A stretch of 40,124 nt of DNA from positions 4,164 to 44,287 of the forward strand of contig CAYQLH010000003.1 in NCBI GenBank assembly GCA_964418385.1, read 5' to 3'. Below the pieces are notes generated by a model. It ran no database searches and was not told where the DNA came from. It was given only the letters and a program-made list of their open reading frames with translations. This stretch comes from an uncultured Pseudomonadales bacterium. Lineage in GTDB: Bacteria; Patescibacteriota; Microgenomatia; UBA1400; PJMF01. A program made the position numbers and the translations under genes. Positions 24,363 to 32,558 of the stretch are shown in pieces (the first letter of the stretch is position 1; each line of letters begins with the position of its first letter).

Positions 24363-26936
24363 ATGGAAAGATGGGAAATACAGTTTAAATTATTCCTGGC
24401 ACGGTTGCTGGCAACCTACTGGTGGTGTGAGCGCCGCTTACTGAGATCTTATCGGTCTTGGCGGGAAAAACGATTAAATGAGCGTCAATTGGCTCAGGCT
24501 AAGGCAGAACATGCCCGTTGGAATGAGCTTTTATGGGCAACAGGACGTCATTTGCAGGTACGACCAACTTGGTGGCAAAAACTTTTGGGTCTCCAAGTGC
24601 ATTATCGGCAAGAGATGGCGCCAAAAGCTGCTCAGAACGCTCAAAACGACAATCTTAGCAAGACGCAAGAAGTGATTTATCAAGCGCCGCAGATGCCGGC
24701 ACGACCGCGTCCGGAAATTAAGTTTTATCTGGAAAGACCAAAGCGCTACGGTTTTAAGAAACGACACGTCTGGCGCGAATGGTGGCGTGGGGTATTGTGT
24801 TGGCGGCATCACCTCAAGCATAAAAAGTCGCACATTAAGCGCGCGCACCCGAAGAAAATTCGCCGTTATTTGAAGCGGCGCGAGAGCATTGTCTTGCGAC
24901 GGACGCTTTCTCGAGGAATTCAAGTATTTTGGGCGTCTTTCTCTTTTGCAGTGAGTTTTGCGATCCTTTTTGGCTCGTGGTGGATGTATCAAAACGTCTT
25001 TGTGGATTTACCAGATATTGCGCAATTGGTTTCTGGCAAGCAAAACATGACGACCAAAATTTTAGATCGTAACAATCATTTGCTTTTTGAGATTTATGAA
25101 GACGAAAACCGGACGCCCGTGGCGCTGTCTGAAGTTTCTCCAGATTTGATTAACGCTACTATTGCAATTGAAGATCGGACTTTCCGTGAGCACAAAGGTT
25201 TTGACTTGAAAGCGATTTTGCGGGCATTTATTGCCAATCAAGAATCAGGCACAATTTCGCAAGGTGCATCCACAATCACGCAACAGTTGGTGAAACAACG
25301 GTTGCTGACGCCGGAAAAGACTTTTATCCGCAAAATGCGCGAGGTGATTTTGGCAGTTTTGGTGGAGGAAAATTTCTCTAAAGATGAGATTTTGGAAATG
25401 TATTTGAATCAGGTGAACTACGGTGGTCCGGTGTACGGTATCGAGCAGGCATCGGTGACGTTTTTTGGCAAAAACGCGAAAAACTTGACCTTGGCGGAGA
25501 GTGCGTTTTTGGCGGGATTGCCGCAAGCGCCGAGTCGTTACTCGCCTTATGCCAATGATTTGGAAGGCTCGTACCGGCGTCGGAGTGAGGTTTTGCGCCG
25601 GATGGAAGAAGATGGCTACATTACCGCCGAACAGCGAGCGGAAGCGGATGCCGAAGAACTGGTTTTTAACAACAGTCGAGTCAAAATCGAGGCACCACAT
25701 TTTGTGATGTACGTGCGTTCGCTTTTGGCCCAGATGTACGGTGAAGACATGGTCAACACTGGTGGCTTGGTGGTGCGTACATCGATTGATCTGGATATGC
25801 AAAACAAGGTCCAAGAAATTGTGACCAATGAAGTGGATGGCCTCAAAAATATGCGGGTGTCCAACGGAGCAGCCATGGTGGTGCGTCCGGGCACGGGTGA
25901 GATTTTGGCGATGGTGGGTTCGCGTGACTACTTTGATTTTGAAAATGATGGTCAGGTGAACGTGACGACGCGTTTGCGTCAGCCTGGTTCGTCAATCAAA
26001 CCGGTGACTTACGCTTCGGCGATGGAGTACAATGGTTTTACGCCGGCAACTTTGATTTTGGATCAACCGGTAACTTATCGCTCTGGCGGTGGACCAGCTT
26101 ATACGCCCAAAAACTATGATGGTCGCTTTCACGGCAACGTGACGGTGCGCGAATCTTTGGGCTGTTCTTACAATATCCCAGCGGTGAAAGTGCTCAATGA
26201 GATTGGTCTGGACGAAATGATTGATCAGGCGCGTTTAATGGGTATTACCACTTGGGAAGATCGATCACGCTTTGGTTTGTCGCTCACTTTGGGTAGCGGT
26301 GAAGTGCGGATGGTTGATATGATGCAGGTGTATGGCACTTTTGCCAACGCTGGTGTGACGATCGATGAAGATCCGTTCTTGGAAATTTTGGATTACAAGG
26401 GAGAAACGATTTACAGAAACGATTGCGCTTTAGCTGGTGATTGCAGTCAAAAATCGCATCGCTCGCTCTCGGCAGGGACGGCGTACCAGATTACGAATAT
26501 TTTGAGTGATAATGCAGCACGGACACCGGCCTTTGGTGCCAATAGCGTTTTGAATATTCCTGGTCAAGAAGTGGCGGTCAAAACAGGGACCACCAACAGT
26601 TTGCGCGATAACTGGACTTTTGGTTACACGCAAGATTACGTGGTTGGCACTTGGGTTGGCAACAATAACAACGCACCAATGAGTTATATCGCCTCTGGTA
26701 TTACAGGTGCGTCACCGATGTGGCAAAAAATCTTTTTAACCCTTTTGGACAATGAAAATCCTGCACACTTTGATGTGCCAGACGAAATTGTGAAAGTCGC
26801 TTATTGCGGACGCCAGGAAGTTTTCAAGGCTGACGCAGTGCCGCGAGAAGTTTGTCGCAAGGTGGTGGCAGTGAATCCAGAAACTGGTGAACCGAGTGAA
26901 AACAACGGTGAAGAGCATCACGATGAAGCGAATTAG
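24363..26936 (+). CDS. Class A penicillin-binding protein (transglycosylase-transpeptidase, PBP1A-like)
   Basis: Transglycosylase motifs EDRTFREHKG, GASTITQQL, RKMRE, KDEILEMYLN; transpeptidase motifs SSIK, SYN, KTGT. Confidence 0.95.
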   Translation: MERWEIQFKLFLARLLATYWWCERRLLRSYRSWREKRLNERQLAQAKAEHARWNELLWATGRHLQVRPTWWQKLLGLQVHYRQEMAPKAAQNAQNDNLSKTQEVIYQAPQMPARPRPEIKFYLERPKRYGFKKRHVWREWWRGVLCWRHHLKHKKSHIKRAHPKKIRRYLKRRESIVLRRTLSRGIQVFWASFSFAVSFAILFGSWWMYQNVFVDLPDIAQLVSGKQNMTTKILDRNNHLLFEIYEDENRTPVALSEVSPDLINATIAIEDRTFREHKGFDLKAILRAFIANQESGTISQGASTITQQLVKQRLLTPEKTFIRKMREVILAVLVEENFSKDEILEMYLNQVNYGGPVYGIEQASVTFFGKNAKNLTLAESAFLAGLPQAPSRYSPYANDLEGSYRRRSEVLRRMEEDGYITAEQRAEADAEELVFNNSRVKIEAPHFVMYVRSLLAQMYGEDMVNTGGLVVRTSIDLDMQNKVQEIVTNEVDGLKNMRVSNGAAMVVRPGTGEILAMVGSRDYFDFENDGQVNVTTRLRQPGSSIKPVTYASAMEYNGFTPATLILDQPVTYRSGGGPAYTPKNYDGRFHGNVTVRESLGCSYNIPAVKVLNEIGLDEMIDQARLMGITTWEDRSRFGLSLTLGSGEVRMVDMMQVYGTFANAGVTIDEDPFLEILDYKGETIYRNDCALAGDCSQKSHRSLSAGTAYQITNILSDNAARTPAFGANSVLNIPGQEVAVKTGTTNSLRDNWTFGYTQDYVVGTWVGNNNNAPMSYIASGITGASPMWQKIFLTLLDNENPAHFDVPDEIVKVAYCGRQEVFKADAVPREVCRKVVAVNPETGEPSENNGEEHHDEAN

Positions 26937-26942
26937 CTTGAT

Positions 26943-27392
26943 TTAAGGTGTTTTATCGCTTGAAGCAGCTTGCAAGAAAAAGTCAAGACGATGGAAGCTG
27001 GCAGCGACGGTGTGGCCGTCCCACAGATATGGGAGCGGTGCACCGTCTTCAGCGTAAAGGTAGTGACTGTCATAAGTGCAGTGGATATTTACGCCGAGTA
27101 AATTAAAAATGCAAGTGTGATCTGGTTGAAAAGTCAGCGAGACAGATTGACCAAAAAGAGCGATGTCATCAATGTTTTTTTGTTGACCTTTTTGGTAGAT
27201 GGCGATCGCATCGTAGAGACCTGGCGGCGGGGCGACTTGATAGAGTTTATGAGTGACGGCGTCTTGAAAGTCGATTTCGTGATAGGGATGTGATTGCAAG
27301 GTGGTGGTGTCGCTAAATGCTTGCAGGCTTTTTGGTGCAAAAAAAGCAAAGATGCAGGAAAAAATGGCTAATTGACAGGCGAGTGATTTCAT
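26943..27392 (-). CDS. Hypothetical exported protein
   Basis: Signal-peptide-like N-terminus (MKSLACQLAIFSCIFAFFAPKSLQA); start overlaps the nuclease stop (TAATG). Confidence 0.6.
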   Translation of the reverse strand: MKSLACQLAIFSCIFAFFAPKSLQAFSDTTTLQSHPYHEIDFQDAVTHKLYQVAPPPGLYDAIAIYQKGQQKNIDDIALFGQSVSLTFQPDHTCIFNLLGVNIHCTYDSHYLYAEDGAPLPYLWDGHTVAASFHRLDFFLQAASSDKTP

Positions 27393-28255
27393 TACAAGAT
27401 TTCCTCAGTGTCTGCAGCCGGTTTTTCCCAAGGGATAAGGTAATTATCACGGCGCATCGCTTGGTTTTCACCGACTTTTTTGGCTTCGCCGCGCAAGATT
27501 TTCTCGAAAGGTTCACAGTGCGGACAGCCGCCATGAGGACATTTGAAAGCCTGGAGTTTACGGGCAGTGGCAATACGACGACCGATCTCGAGGATGCGGT
27601 TTTTAGCATCGTCAAGCGAGGGCAGTGGTTTAGGTGTGAGCTCGTTACTGAGTTCGAGGTACCAATAACTGGCTTGTTTGACGTGATAACGCTGACAATT
27701 TACGGCCAAAAGCAAATAAATGGGTAGTTGTAAGGATTGAGGGTCTTCGGGCGTTTTACTGGTCTTAAAATCAATAATATGCACCGTTTGGTCATCGGGG
27801 AAGTATTGAATCCAGTCGAGCTTGCCGCAAAGGATAATGTTTTCGCTTTCGCTCAGCCAGTAATTGGGTAAATCTTCTTTGATTTTGACGGCGAGTTCAG
27901 CGAGCGGACCGGGATGAGCCATGACCCGCTCGAGCATGGCACGGCCGCGGTCGTGATATTTTTGTTCTACGCTGGAACTTGTGAAACCACCAGCCTCACC
28001 GCTGACTTGTGACCAGGCTTTTTCGTACGGGACTAGTAGACTTTCGCGGAAACGTTCTTTGGTGGGAACGGTAGAAAGACCTTCAAGAACATCGTGAACG
28101 GCGATACCGAGTGAGAGTGCGGGGGAAACAATTTGAATTTTATGCTTGGTGGTGGGGTCTTTGTAGACGTTTTTGAGGTAATACGCTCGAGGGCAAGCGA
28201 GATAATCGCTGATGCTGCTGTGAGAAATCCAAGTGGCGCTATATTTGTCTGGCAT
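27392..28255 (-). CDS. PD-(D/E)XK nuclease (RecB/AddB/Cas4-like) with four candidate metal-ligand cysteines
   Basis: SHSSISDYLACPRAYYL, GIAVH, GKLD, IIDFKT, QLPIY, CPHGGCPHC. Start set at ATG 28255, after the promoter. Confidence 0.85.
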   Translation of the reverse strand: MPDKYSATWISHSSISDYLACPRAYYLKNVYKDPTTKHKIQIVSPALSLGIAVHDVLEGLSTVPTKERFRESLLVPYEKAWSQVSGEAGGFTSSSVEQKYHDRGRAMLERVMAHPGPLAELAVKIKEDLPNYWLSESENIILCGKLDWIQYFPDDQTVHIIDFKTSKTPEDPQSLQLPIYLLLAVNCQRYHVKQASYWYLELSNELTPKPLPSLDDAKNRILEIGRRIATARKLQAFKCPHGGCPHCEPFEKILRGEAKKVGENQAMRRDNYLIPWEKPAADTEEIL

Positions 28256-28261
28256 AGGGTG

Positions 28262-28270
28262 ATTATAGCA
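28262..28270 (-). promoter_or_regulatory. Extended -10 promoter of the nuclease gene
   Basis: TGCTATAAT 6 nt before ATG 28255. Confidence 0.7.
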
Positions 28271-28306
28271 TGGATTTGGAGAATAATTGAGGCAGATTTT
28301 GCAATT

Positions 28307-28331
28307 TAAAACCCCGGGCAAGCCCGGGGTT
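28307..28331 (-). terminator. Intrinsic terminator after the 28355-29215 gene
   Basis: Minus strand AACCCCGGGC-TT-GCCCGGGGTT followed by a T run. Confidence 0.8.
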
Positions 28332-28354
28332 CGTGTTTTCAAGTGTCAAGTGGT

Positions 28355-29215
28355 TTAGCCACGGCGGCAACGGAAGCGGAAAGTATCCGACCAATCGCCG
28401 AAACCTTGACCGTCGAAGCGCACACGATAGCGCACGTAGTAATCACGTTCGTTATCGATGCTGACGGAGAAGACTACGCGGTCAGTTTGTTCGTAGCGAT
28501 GACTGTAAGTGTCGCTATTGCCTACAGACGTACCGACGTTAACTTCGTATTCAACTGCGGATTTGCCGTCACGTTCGTACTTAGGAAGCACAACGCGAGC
28601 GTCATTCCAGCGGTTACCACCGTCAAAATTGCCACAATTTTCCAAATATGGCGTGTAAGGCTTGTTGTTACCCCAGTTGTCGTTATAATCGTAGTAATAA
28701 TTATTGGGATAATAATACGTGGGCGCTGGCACGTAGTTGACTGTTTGCACTGGTGCCGCCGCTTGCACGGTTTTCACCACCGTATTGGTAGTACCTTTGC
28801 TGCTTTCTGCCACCGGATTGATGGTAATGTTGATATTAGTACCATCACTCGAGGTGGTAATGCGACCATTGGGGATTTCCACGTCAGAACCACTAACGGC
28901 TTGACCGTTCACCGTAATATTTGGTTGAGCGGCGTCCGCAGTTTTTTCCGTGCTGGTGGGGACACTCACCGCTGCCGGTGTGGCGACAGCGACAGTCTCG
29001 ACCTCTGGAGTTACCTGGCGATAGTTGTAATAAATCATGATCCCTACGACCACGATCGCACACAAAATCGCGCCTGGGACCAAGCTAAAACGACGTTCGG
29101 TAGGATACATGGCACGCACAGGCGCACCACCCCCGGCAAATTGGCTAGCAGCGCTCGCATCAGTACGATAGCGTGCCTGGCGTTCGTTATCTTGACGATA
29201 TTGCACATCTGTCAT
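28355..29215 (-). CDS. Membrane-anchored surface protein with a Thr/Ala/Val/Pro-rich stalk and an FN3/Ig-like C-terminal domain
   Basis: Single TM helix (LVPGAILCAIVVVGIMIYY), low-complexity stalk, YYPNNYYYDY patch, C-terminal YYVRYRV..GQGFGDWSDTFRF (FN3-like end). Has its own promoter, SD and terminator. Confidence 0.75.
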   Translation of the reverse strand: MTDVQYRQDNERQARYRTDASAASQFAGGGAPVRAMYPTERRFSLVPGAILCAIVVVGIMIYYNYRQVTPEVETVAVATPAAVSVPTSTEKTADAAQPNITVNGQAVSGSDVEIPNGRITTSSDGTNINITINPVAESSKGTTNTVVKTVQAAAPVQTVNYVPAPTYYYPNNYYYDYNDNWGNNKPYTPYLENCGNFDGGNRWNDARVVLPKYERDGKSAVEYEVNVGTSVGNSDTYSHRYEQTDRVVFSVSIDNERDYYVRYRVRFDGQGFGDWSDTFRFRCRRG

Positions 29216-29290
29216 ATTTTGGTTTCCTTCTTATCCTTCTAACTTTATTTTTCACTTATTAAGGTATCTTAATAAGCGTTAATATTGTTT

Positions 29291-29319
29291 ATTATATCAC
29301 ATATAGGTCGTTTTGTCAA
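29291..29319 (-). promoter_or_regulatory. Consensus promoter of the surface-protein gene
   Basis: TTGACA-17 nt-TATAAT with an extended TG on the minus strand. Confidence 0.85.
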
Positions 29320-29343
29320 GGGGGTAATTTTCTGGGGAAAATA

Positions 29344-29352
29344 TGGTATAAT
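29344..29352 (+). promoter_or_regulatory. Extended -10 promoter of the LCP gene
   Basis: TGGTATAAT 7 nt before ATG 29360. Confidence 0.7.
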
Positions 29353-29359
29353 TGTCGCC

Positions 29360-30586
29360 ATGCTCAAACGCTGGTATTTTTGGCTTTTAATGGTGGTGGT
29401 TTTGGTGGTAACTGCCTTTTTAACGGTGATTTGTGGGCTTTTTTTTGCGACACCAGTGATTGTAGTGGGTGGTGACACCGGCAAATTGATTGGCATGGAA
29501 TTGGAACCCGTGGCTGAGGATCCACTAAAACCAGTGCATGTATTGCTTATGGGTCACGGTGGGGCGGGACACAGTGGTGGTGGTTTGGCTGATACGATGA
29601 TAGTCGCGCAAGTGATTCCCAGGCAACAGCAGGTGAATTTATTTTCGATTCCACGAGATTTGTGGGTGGAATTGCCATTTCCCAGTAGCGCCGGTGGCAA
29701 GGAGAATTTGCACGCGAAAGTGAATACGACCCTGGCGATTGGCAATAGTGAACGACAGTATTCTTGGCGTCCGAGCGCGTATACAGGCGAACACGGTGGT
29801 GGCGAGTTGGCGAAGGAGGTGGTTGGCCAGATCATGGGTCAAAAAATTGATTATTACGTAGCGGTGGATTTTAGCGGTTTTGTGAAGGTGATTGAAACAA
29901 TTGCTGGCAAAAATGGTTTGAGCGTGGATGTCCCCTACTCTTTTGTGGATGAATTCTATCCAATCGAAGGCAAAGAAGACGATCCGTGCGACTTTAGCGA
30001 AGAACAAATTGCTTCGATGTCAGCGGAGCTTTCGGGTTACGAACTTGAACAGCAATTTACTTGTCGCTATGAGCGTTTGGCTTTCAGCGCGGGCAAACAG
30101 ACAATTGCCCCGGAAGAATTGCTGAAATTTGTACGTTCACGCCATTCTGGCACCAACGGTGGGGATTTTGGGCGTTCGCAGCGCCAACAGGTAGTGATTG
30201 AAGCTTTGAAGAAAAAAATTCTTTCGCCGAGCATGATTACGAAAATTCCTGAATTGGCGTCACAAGTGCTGAAATACGTCAAAACTGATCTGGATACGAC
30301 CCTTATCAGCAATGTTTTGCTTGCTTATGAAAATCTGGACGATTTTACAATTACGAGTTATGTGATCACCAATAAAAACTTGCTCAAAGACGGACGGAGT
30401 GCGGATAGACAGTATATTTTGCTGCCACGCGTGGGCGAAGATAATTATCGTGAGATTCAGGGCTTGGTGGAGTATGCTTTGGAGGCGAGTGGTGAGGCGA
30501 GTTTGGATTTATATCTGGAAGAACTGGACGTACACGCGCAGGCTCTTGAAGACGCTCGTGCGGCGGCGCGTGGTGAGCAAGACTAA
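29360..30586 (+). CDS. LytR-CpsA-Psr (LCP) family glycopolymer transferase
   Basis: N-terminal TM helix, LLMG, ADTMIV, SIPRDLWV, YYVAVDFSGF, FVRSRH...DFGRSQRQQ. Confidence 0.92.
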   Translation: MLKRWYFWLLMVVVLVVTAFLTVICGLFFATPVIVVGGDTGKLIGMELEPVAEDPLKPVHVLLMGHGGAGHSGGGLADTMIVAQVIPRQQQVNLFSIPRDLWVELPFPSSAGGKENLHAKVNTTLAIGNSERQYSWRPSAYTGEHGGGELAKEVVGQIMGQKIDYYVAVDFSGFVKVIETIAGKNGLSVDVPYSFVDEFYPIEGKEDDPCDFSEEQIASMSAELSGYELEQQFTCRYERLAFSAGKQTIAPEELLKFVRSRHSGTNGGDFGRSQRQQVVIEALKKKILSPSMITKIPELASQVLKYVKTDLDTTLISNVLLAYENLDDFTITSYVITNKNLLKDGRSADRQYILLPRVGEDNYREIQGLVEYALEASGEASLDLYLEELDVHAQALEDARAAARGEQD

Positions 30587-30602
30587 GATGACTGGTGGTT
30601 TA

Positions 30603-30611
30603 TGGTATAAT
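30603..30611 (+). promoter_or_regulatory. Extended -10 promoter of the GT2 gene
   Basis: TGGTATAAT 7 nt before ATG 30619. Confidence 0.65.
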
Positions 30612-30618
30612 ACACCAT

Positions 30619-31419
30619 ATGGAAAAAGTTTCGTTAACGGTGGTGATTATTGCGCGAGATGAAGCGGAAAACTTGCGACATCTGTTGCCACATTTAACTT
30701 GGGCGTCGAGAGTAATCGTAGTGGGCAATCATTGTCAGGATGAAACGGCGCAAGTGGCACGTGAAAATGGTGCCGAATACCTGGAAAACGGGGCGGAAAG
30801 TTTTGCCAAAATGCGTGAGAGCGTGCTGGAAAAAATTGAAACCGAATGGGTGTTTTATCTGGATGCGGATGAACGGGTGACGCGAGATTTAGCTGAAGAA
30901 ATTGCCCAAAAATTGGCTCACAGTGCGGGCGTGGCGGCTTATCGTTTACGCCGGGAGAATTATCACTACGGAGTGAAAATGACCGGTGGTGGTTGGCAAA
31001 ACGATACAGTGGTGCGACTTTTGCGACGCTCAACGTTGCGTGGTTGGGATGGTGAAATTCACGAAAGCCCAGTTTTTGAGGGTGAAACACAAACATTGAA
31101 CGCTCCCCTACTCCATTTTACACATCGCGGTACCGCTGCCAATTTGGCGAAAAGCAGCCGGTGGACGATTAAGGAGGCTCGACTTTTGGCAGCGGCGCGG
31201 CAAACGCCAGTGCGACCGTCGACGATTTTGCGCAAAGTAATTATGGAGTTTTATCGACGTTTTTGGCAGCAGCGCGGGTATCGTGATGGGATGGCTGGTT
31301 TTGTGGAAGCGTTGGTGCAAGCGTGTAATCGTGGTTTTGTTTATATTCAAGTCTGGGAGTGTATGCAAAAACCGTCAATTGAGCAGCGTTACGAAAAACT
31401 GGAAGAATCATTAAATTAG
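30619..31419 (+). CDS. GT2 glycosyltransferase (beta-1,4-glucosyltransferase-like, LgtF/WaaE type)
   Basis: VVIIARDEA, WVFYLDADERV, IHE, LLHFT, GYRDGMAGF. Confidence 0.9.
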   Translation: MEKVSLTVVIIARDEAENLRHLLPHLTWASRVIVVGNHCQDETAQVARENGAEYLENGAESFAKMRESVLEKIETEWVFYLDADERVTRDLAEEIAQKLAHSAGVAAYRLRRENYHYGVKMTGGGWQNDTVVRLLRRSTLRGWDGEIHESPVFEGETQTLNAPLLHFTHRGTAANLAKSSRWTIKEARLLAAARQTPVRPSTILRKVIMEFYRRFWQQRGYRDGMAGFVEALVQACNRGFVYIQVWECMQKPSIEQRYEKLEESLN

Positions 31420-31461
31420 TGTATAAAAATAGTGCTTATTATAGTATAATAGAGATAATTT

Positions 31462-32556
31462 ATGAAAGTTGTATTTTATTCACCTTACATTCCTGGCCAT
31501 TTCGGTGGTGGAGAAAAATACTTGTTGGACACAGCTTGTGTCTATGCGCAAAAACATGATGTTGCCATTGGCATTGGCGGTGAAAAAAGCGCGGACGAAT
31601 TGGTGGCAATTAAACGAAAATACGAAAAGTTTTTGGGTCAGGAATTGCAGAAGATAGAGTTTATTGCCGCACCTTTGGGTTTGCCTGGTAAACGTCTGCA
31701 AAAATTGGCTTGGACGCGTAAGTTTGACGTGCTTTACTACGTGACTGACGGGAGCGCGTTTGTGTCTTTGGCTGGTAAAAACATCATGCATATTCAGGTG
31801 CCGTTGACGCTACCGCCTAAAAAAGGCTGGGAAAAATGGAAATTTAAGCGTTTCAGAGTTATTAACGCTAATTCGCTTTTTACCAAAAAAGTGGTGGAGA
31901 AGTTTTGGAAAGTAGATGTGGATTTGGTGTGTCATCCTGGTGTGAGAATTGAAGATTTACAAGCGACGGTGCGTAAAAAAGAAAAAATAATACTAAGCGT
32001 GGGTCGTTTTTTTGATAATTTGCACACTAAAAATCAAGATTTTTTGGTGGAGACATTTGGAAAATTGCGAGAAAAAAACCCGGAGCTTTTGCGAGGTTGG
32101 AAATTAGTTTTGATTGGTTCGGTAGAAAGTAAAGCTTATCTTGATCGGGTACGTAAATTGGCTAACGGTTTACCGGTGGAAATAATTACCAATGCGAAAC
32201 GCGCCGAATTGGTGACGTATTACCAAAAAGCAGCGATTTATTGGCACGCAACGGGCGCACTCACTGACGAAGAAGCTCATCCAGAAAAAATGGAACATTT
32301 TGGAATTGCGACAGTGGAAGCGATGGCAGCGGGAGCAATTCCGATTGTGGTGGGTAAAGGTGGGCAAAAAGAGATTCTGGGCAATAAATTGCGGGATTTA
32401 AGTTGGCAAACGCAAAACGAGTGTTTAAAGCTAACGCGTAAATTTATTAAAGATGAAAAAATGCGGGCTAAATATGAAGCACTAGTACGCGTGCGGGCGC
32501 AGAAATTTGGGTGGGGTAATTTTGAGAAAAAGTGCTGGCAGATGTTGGAAATGTAA
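31462..32556 (+). CDS. GT4 (GT-B fold) glycosyltransferase
   Basis: GGGEKY, ANSLFT, ILSVGRF, EHFGIATVEAMAAG (ExF..E motif). Confidence 0.9.
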   Translation: MKVVFYSPYIPGHFGGGEKYLLDTACVYAQKHDVAIGIGGEKSADELVAIKRKYEKFLGQELQKIEFIAAPLGLPGKRLQKLAWTRKFDVLYYVTDGSAFVSLAGKNIMHIQVPLTLPPKKGWEKWKFKRFRVINANSLFTKKVVEKFWKVDVDLVCHPGVRIEDLQATVRKKEKIILSVGRFFDNLHTKNQDFLVETFGKLREKNPELLRGWKLVLIGSVESKAYLDRVRKLANGLPVEIITNAKRAELVTYYQKAAIYWHATGALTDEEAHPEKMEHFGIATVEAMAAGAIPIVVGKGGQKEILGNKLRDLSWQTQNECLKLTRKFIKDEKMRAKYEALVRVRAQKFGWGNFEKKCWQMLEM

Positions 32557-32558
32557 AA

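Noticed and set aside
28343-29242. 299-aa plus-strand ORF fully overlapping the surface-protein gene
   Set aside because: Promoter, SD and terminator all serve the minus-strand gene; the open antisense frame is explained by biased codon usage.
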